Of a DNA stretch of 64,000 bases, positions 58,360 through 64,000 are shown in pieces; the stretch's first letter is position 1; each line of letters begins with the position of its first letter. The stretch is taken from NCBI GenBank assembly GCA_963730185.1, contig CAVSQW010000007.1, positions 694,263 to 758,262 of the forward strand, given 5' to 3'. The DNA comes from an uncultured Gemmatimonadales bacterium (GTDB lineage Bacteria > Gemmatimonadota > Gemmatimonadetes > Gemmatimonadales > GWC2-71-9). The notes under the pieces are model-generated. The model worked only from the letters and a program-made list of their open reading frames with translations. It did not search any database and was not told the origin of the DNA. The translations under genes and the position numbers were made by a program.

Positions 58360-59199
58360 ATGATTGAAATTCTCCAGTATGAGTTCATGCAACGTGCCCT
58401 TATTTCTGGAATAGCAATTTCTATAAGTTGTTCGCTGATTGGATTGTTTCTTATATTAAAAAGATTTTCTTTGTTTGGGGATGCAATGTCGCATGTCGCT
58501 TTTGGAGGGATCGCATTAGGATTGTTTCTAAAATCCAATCCTATTTGGGTATCATTAGTTGTTTCAATAATTGGAGCATTAGCAATCATAAAATTGAATT
58601 CAAGCAAAAGAATCTATTCAGATTCGTCTATCTCAGTTCTATTATCTCTAGGGCTAGCGATGGGATTGGTATTAATCAGCTTATCTGGAGGATTTTCTAT
58701 AGACATAACAAGTTATCTTTTTGGGAGTATATTATTAGTCAATATCGAAGAAACATTGAGTACCATACTTCTAAGCGTTATAGTTATTACATTTGTTATC
58801 TTATATTATAAAAAATTAATATATCTCGTATTTAATGAGGAACAAGCATTAGTAAATGGCATCAATACAGTTGTATTAAATATTTTATTCATTACTTTGG
58901 CAACCATTGCAATTGTAATGTCCATTAGATTGATAGGAGTACTAATGGTTTCATCTCTCTTAATAATTCCTAATGTTTCTTCGTTGCTACTAGGATATGG
59001 ATTCAAGAAAACCATACTATTCTCAATTTGTTTTTCTCTGATATCTGTTATTTTGGGAATAATATTAGCATATGAATGGAATATTACACCTAGTGGAATG
59101 ATAGTAATAACATCCGCTGGAATTTTCTTTGGAGTAAATGTATTAAAATTATTTTCTTCAAAAATAAAAAACAAGACTGAAACAAAAATAAGATCTTGA
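58360..59199 (+). CDS. Zn/Mn ABC transporter permease (ZnuB-like)
   Basis: GDAMSHVAFGG, YLFGSIL, IGVLMVSSLLIIP. Confidence 0.92.
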   Translation: MIEILQYEFMQRALISGIAISISCSLIGLFLILKRFSLFGDAMSHVAFGGIALGLFLKSNPIWVSLVVSIIGALAIIKLNSSKRIYSDSSISVLLSLGLAMGLVLISLSGGFSIDITSYLFGSILLVNIEETLSTILLSVIVITFVILYYKKLIYLVFNEEQALVNGINTVVLNILFITLATIAIVMSIRLIGVLMVSSLLIIPNVSSLLLGYGFKKTILFSICFSLISVILGIILAYEWNITPSGMIVITSAGIFFGVNVLKLFSSKIKNKTETKIRS

Positions 59200-59238
59200 C
59201 AATTAATAGTTTTTATCAGTCTATTACCCGATATTATT

Positions 59239-60144
59239 ATGTACTTGTATAACCAGTATGTTTTTAAAGAAATGAATTTTGGTATGAAATTTACATTTGT
59301 CTTTTTTTTTGCTTCATCACTTTTGTTTTTTACTTGCTTATTTATTTTTGACGATATCACAGTCTTTGCTCAACAAGAAAATAATACCACCACCATAAAT
59401 GCAAATGATCAATTTGGTATTGAAAAAATTTATCCTACCAAATCCGATGGCAGGGAATGGTATGTTGACATGTCTAACCCCAAAAATGATCCAAATGTAA
59501 CTTTTACTTTTAATCCTAGATTAACCAAACAGGATGATGGATCTTGGAAAATAAGGGATGACAAAATTCGAATTAATGTAGACACGTTAGATGGGACAGA
59601 AGAATGGAAAAATGTTGAAATTACTGGATATGTAAAAATAGACTCGATAATCAATCCGCGTAAAAGTGTTATAACAGATATTGACTGGGTAGCAAGAACT
59701 GATCAACATAATGAAGACTTTCCATGTCACGGCCTATCCCTTCACGGGGGCATTTATCCGGATGGTTCTGCAGCATGGAAAAAAGAAATATGGTTTACCG
59801 GAGGATATACTAAAGAAAAATCAGTCCCTAAAATAACCGACTCATTGATGAATAGATGGATTGGTTGGAAAACTGTGATCTATAATACAAATAATGATTC
59901 CGCGGTAAAAATGGAATCATATTTAGATAACTCAAATTCTAATCATTGGGTCAAAGTTTTTGAAATTACGGATAACGGAGGCTGGTATGCAAGTAGTTCA
60001 GATAAAGTATTCTACAGTGCAAATTGTGGTAGATCCAAAGATCATATGGTTTTGAATTCAGGACCTATTGTTACTTTTCGTGCAGATAACGTAGTTTTGA
60101 ACTTCAAAGATTTGAGCATAAGAGAAATAGAGCCACCAAAGTAA
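59239..60144 (+). CDS. Secreted hypothetical protein, beta-sandwich-like
   Basis: Signal ending VFAQ; DQFGIEKIYPT..GREW, WIGWKTVIYN, FRAD. Confidence 0.7.
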   Translation: MYLYNQYVFKEMNFGMKFTFVFFFASSLLFFTCLFIFDDITVFAQQENNTTTINANDQFGIEKIYPTKSDGREWYVDMSNPKNDPNVTFTFNPRLTKQDDGSWKIRDDKIRINVDTLDGTEEWKNVEITGYVKIDSIINPRKSVITDIDWVARTDQHNEDFPCHGLSLHGGIYPDGSAAWKKEIWFTGGYTKEKSVPKITDSLMNRWIGWKTVIYNTNNDSAVKMESYLDNSNSNHWVKVFEITDNGGWYASSSDKVFYSANCGRSKDHMVLNSGPIVTFRADNVVLNFKDLSIREIEPPK

Positions 60145-60228
60145 GATAAGGATAATACTGATTTATCCATTGGAAACCATTCGTAAATGGAAAAAACAAA
60201 TATTATGAAATGATCATAATAAAAAACA

Positions 60229-60612
60229 TTGCCAATCATAAGCATTTCACTGAATGAAAACATAATCCAAGAACTAGATAAATTGCAAAAGTTTTTGGGT
60301 TTTTCAGGCAGATCAGAAATCGTAAGAGCTAGTGTTAGAAACCTACTTTTAGAAGAGAAAAGAATAGACGAATTGTCAGGAGTTCTACATTCAGTTCTTC
60401 TAGTAATACATGATGAAAAATCTGATCAAGAAATTAGTGAAATTCGACATGGATTTGATAAAATAATTAATACCCACATTCACAATAAGATAGACAAAGA
60501 CAGATGCCTTGAAATTTTTGTACTTTATGGCGATGCAAGAGAGATTAAGAATATTACCAAGAAATTTCAAGGGAACAGAAAAATGGATCAAGTTAGATTA
60601 GTGGTAACATAG
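60229..60612 (+). CDS. NikR/CopG-family metal-responsive regulator
   Basis: ISISLNE...GRSEIVR RHH; HIH...CLEI. Confidence 0.85.
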   Translation: MPIISISLNENIIQELDKLQKFLGFSGRSEIVRASVRNLLLEEKRIDELSGVLHSVLLVIHDEKSDQEISEIRHGFDKIINTHIHNKIDKDRCLEIFVLYGDAREIKNITKKFQGNRKMDQVRLVVT

Positions 60613-60634
60613 TAGTTCAACATATTAATTTGAA

Positions 60635-60708
60635 AGCCATAAGTGGGATTTGAACCCACGGCCTAAGGTTTACGAAACCTTCGCTCTGCCAGGCTGAGCT
60701 ACTATGGC
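60635..60708 (-). tRNA. tRNA-Thr(CGT), intronless
   Basis: GCCATAG...AAGGT TT CGT AA ACCTT...GGTTCAAATCC...TTATGGC cloverleaf. Confidence 0.96.
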
Positions 60709-60792
60709 GGCAGCGTTAGAACCAATCTGCAAATAATTTCCAAGTATTAGAAGTATGAAAAAGTTAAATAATAATGTATTTTTTTCTATGAT

Positions 60793-61113
60793 GTGACAAA
60801 ATGCAACATACATGAATTTTTTTTTGAATGGAATTGTAATGATTGCAAAGAAGAATATAAGAATTTGAAGGGAACTAACAAAATTGATGAAGAGTCACAT
60901 GAGGAAGTAGAACCGATAAAGGCAAAGAAAACAAAGAAGATTAATGATTACAAAGAATTCACAGAGGAGAGAGCTAAAAAACTCTATGAAGAAGTTTTTT
61001 TGCAGTATTTAAAAAAGGGTAACATAAGCGAAGCAGAATCCATTGAACGCTCAAAGAAAATAATAAGAAAACAATGTTTAATGCGCAACATTGAGCCTTG
61101 GTCATGGGTTTAA
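60793..61113 (+). CDS. Hypothetical protein with N-terminal CxxH/CxxC
   Basis: CNIH...CNDC. Confidence 0.6.
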   Translation: MTKCNIHEFFFEWNCNDCKEEYKNLKGTNKIDEESHEEVEPIKAKKTKKINDYKEFTEERAKKLYEEVFLQYLKKGNISEAESIERSKKIIRKQCLMRNIEPWSWV

Positions 61114-61176
61114 TCCATATTTAGAATCAAATAGTTAAGTTAAACCTAAATAACAAAAAAAAGTTATTTAACTTTA

Positions 61177-61404
61177 TTGTCGTCACCGAATAATCAATCC
61201 AATATCTTACAAGGAAGTGTAAATAAAGACATCCTTCTAAAACTAAAAGGAAAGAGAACTATCAAGGGAAAGCTGAAAAGTTTTGATCAATACATGAACC
61301 TAACACTGGAAAATGCAACTGAAGTTTTAGAGGGAGATAAAGTTCAACAAATGGGAGAAATATTCATCAAAGGCGAAAACATTGTTATCATAGCAACAGA
61401 TTGA
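61177..61404 (+). CDS. Sm/Lsm RNA-binding protein
   Basis: GKLKSFDQYMNLTLENA, IFIKGENIV. Confidence 0.9.
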   Translation: MSSPNNQSNILQGSVNKDILLKLKGKRTIKGKLKSFDQYMNLTLENATEVLEGDKVQQMGEIFIKGENIVIIATD

Positions 61405-61497
61405 TTATATACATATAATAGTGAATCTTACATGATTATAATCATAGATTATAACAAGTTTTTCAAAAAAAATTAAGTTAAATTATTTAAAACTGTC

Positions 61498-62740
61498 TCA
61501 ATCTTTGGCACACTCAATAATTTCCGAGTCAGATAAATAGTTATCAATGCTAAATGCTCTATCAAAACATGCAGAGATTTCCTTTGAATGTTTGTTATCA
61601 GTCTTACCGTCATTGTCATTATTATTATTCTTTATGTTGTCGCTTAAAGCATAATTGTGAATGCTATTTTGAGAATAACTGTCTTGAATCTTTGGCACAC
61701 TCAATAATTTCCGAGTCAGATAGATAGTTATCAATGCTAAATGCTCTATCAAAACATGCAGAGATTTCCTTTGAATGTTTGTTTTTGCCATCTAGAGACT
61801 CGCCTAATTCGCTATTAGTTGGATTAGTATAGATATTTTTGTTGATTGATGTATGGAATGACTGGAATGAATACGGGTTGGATACTGGTTGATTCATACT
61901 TTGCTGTTGTAACCCCGAAAAGGTCGAAGGGTTGGATACTGGTTGATTCATACTTTGCTGTTGTAACCCCGAAAAGGTCGAAGGTTTGTCTTGAGGTGGA
62001 GACTTGACGAAGGTCGAAGGTTTGTCTTGAGGTGGAGACTTGAAGGTATCCATATAATTACCATTAACTGAATTTGATGAATCAGAAGTAAAAGTGGGAG
62101 TCCTGACGTCACCGTCAACAGTATTTTTACTCTGAAATTCATGATAGAATGGATTGTTCTTACTTAAATTGTATGGATTGTTACTAGAGGAGGAAGATAC
62201 GGAAGTGGTACTATCAGGGGCTTTGTCTGAAGAAGATACAGAAGTGGTACTATCTGGGGCTTTATCTGAAGAGGATATGGAAGTGGTAGTATCAGGGGCT
62301 TTATCTGAAGAGGATACAGAAGTGGTATATCGGGGATTTATCAGAAGAAGATACAGAAGTGGTACTATCAGGGGCTTTGTCTGAAGAAGATACAGAAGTG
62401 GTAGTATCAGGGGCTTTGTCTGAAGAAGATACAGAAGTGGTAGTATCAGGGGCTTTGTCTGAAGAAGATACAGAAGTGGTAGTATCGGGGCTTTGTCTGG
62501 GGCTGTTGAATTTATTTTATCCAGGTTGTCAGTACAATCAGAATTTATACCAATAAGCGCACTAGTCATCATGCTCGTAATACAGTCAGTAGTTTGGGCG
62601 ATCAATGAATTATCAGGAACCAAACTTATTTGACCGTACGAAGGAGTAAATTTTGCATATATAGTTGAAAACGATATCAATAAAAACACCATTAAAATGG
62701 GATTGATTTTATTTGCTATGTGCACGAAAAAATAAAACAA
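61498..62740 (-). CDS. Secreted repeat protein (Ser/Thr-rich stalk, duplicated C-terminal Cys domain); frameshifts
   Basis: Signal peptide; KAPDTTTSVSSSD repeats; KHSKEISACFDRAFSIDNYLSDSEIIECAKD present twice. Confidence 0.7.
62185..62505. repeat. About eight 39-bp tandem repeats encoding 13-aa Ser/Thr units
   Basis: GGGGCTTTGTCTGAAGAAGATACAGAAGTGGTAGTATCA unit. Confidence 0.9.
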
Positions 62741-62851
62741 TCATACTTTATAATGAGCACTTTAGAATGCTAGTATTAACTTAACAATATATCTATTATA
62801 CATAAATAAGATAGATTTTTTTTATGAATTAAAAGGATGGTTTAGTATCTA

Positions 62852-64000
62852 AGTCAAGTGTCGTAGTGCCTGTCGTTATTCCATGTTCTAAATCTATTTT
62901 CCAGATAATTTGATACCGCATCTTTCTGTTCCTCTATACTGGTGTAAAATCGATTAGCACATACATCTGATTTTATTTGCTGGTTTATCTTTCTTTCATT
63001 TGGATTCAGATAAGGAGCTTTCTTTGGAAGATAGACTATGGTAAGCCAATGTTTCTGTTCTTTAATATACTCCGTTGTCATTTTGCTTGTGTGAAATGAA
63101 GCATTATCCCAGATGATTATCAGTCTTTTCCAGCAATTTTTTGTGATATACTTTTTGATGTTTTCAAGATGGTCTATGGTATTGGTGGAGTTCATTTTAT
63201 CATAAAAATCATATATTAATCTTTGATCCGGCCATAACGCGGATATGTAGACAGAGAGAACTTCTTTCTAGTCCCTGTATGCTCAATCTTTTGTTGTTCG
63301 CCTCCTTCAAAGAACATAGACTTTCTTATACATGGTTTCTGCGTTATAGTAGTTTCATCTTCAAATGCTAACATCACTCTTTTTTTTCAAAGCTGATGCT
63401 ATCTGCTTGTATCTTTTTACTCTTGCTTTCCCTTCTTCATAATCGGGTCCATGTAACAGTTCCAATTTAGGTCTCTTACATCTGATACCCATATCCCTGG
63501 TTATTCGCTGCAGATGTCTAAAGCTGATTTGGATTCCAAGCTCATCTGTAAGACATCTTGCAAGATCTTAAACTCCATGTGTTTCTTAAATAGCCAAAGA
63601 TGTGAGGGTCGTTAAATAACACTGAAAGAATAATCTCTTTATCCTCATCAGTTATCCTGGATTTTGCTCCACCTGGTTTCTTGTTTTTTAGTCCATCTAT
63701 TCCTTTCTTGATATAGGCAGCAATCCATCTTTGTACCAATCTGCTCTGCTAATTTCATACTCCTTTGATATCTCTAGATAGGTTCTTCCCTCACTTTTTC
63801 GTAGTACAGCCAAATACTTGCGATACTCATCTTTCTTACTGGTAGACTTCACCAATGAGTTTAACGTTTTCTTCTGCTGTATGGTAAGGCTAACAGTGGA
63901 AGGGTGATTCACAAGATGGGGGTATCCTGCTGCCATTAAGCTTTGTCTATACAACGATGTAGACTATGTTGTAAATTAAATATGACAAGAATCAAGTCAC
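62852..64000 (-). mobile_element. IS630-family element, copy 2, inverted and near-identical to 44444..45598; last bases outside window
   Basis: TA-AGTCAAGTGTC end; same ORFs with a few substitutions. Confidence 0.92.

Overview
The window is two unrelated genomes joined end to end. Bases 1-~20427 are a high-GC bacterium. They carry a Rieske/cyt b-c/caa3-type oxidase operon, a histidine kinase and sigma54 activator, NhaA, an aeRF1-like protein, a stress cluster (DoxX, YciF, VKOR/SPW, epimerase, DUF296) and a TPP enzyme/enolase/FAD oxidoreductase operon, with seven sigma54-type promoters. At 20428-20476 are two inverted Oxford Nanopore adapter ends. From ~20477 on is an AT-rich ammonia-oxidising archaeon (Nitrososphaeraceae, Nitrosocosmicus-like, inferred from gene content). 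It carries cupredoxins, a PQQ dehydrogenase-cupredoxin fusion, Hel308, ZnuA/B, NikR-like and Lsm genes, tRNA-Thr(CGT) and many IS elements. Top findings: (1) an archaeal IS110 element nested in another transposase gene, whose 5' non-coding end folds into a bridge-RNA-like structure with guide segments matching its own reconstructed target and donor junctions; (2) a secreted protein of four 48-aa Gln/Asn beta-arcade repeats, a candidate archaeal functional amyloid, plus a single-repeat paralogue 16 kb away; (3) a 41 x 11-bp tandem array; (4) a heme-copper oxidase subunit I lacking both the D-channel Glu and K-channel Lys. Many frameshifts are probably long-read errors. All alignments and folds were done by eye.
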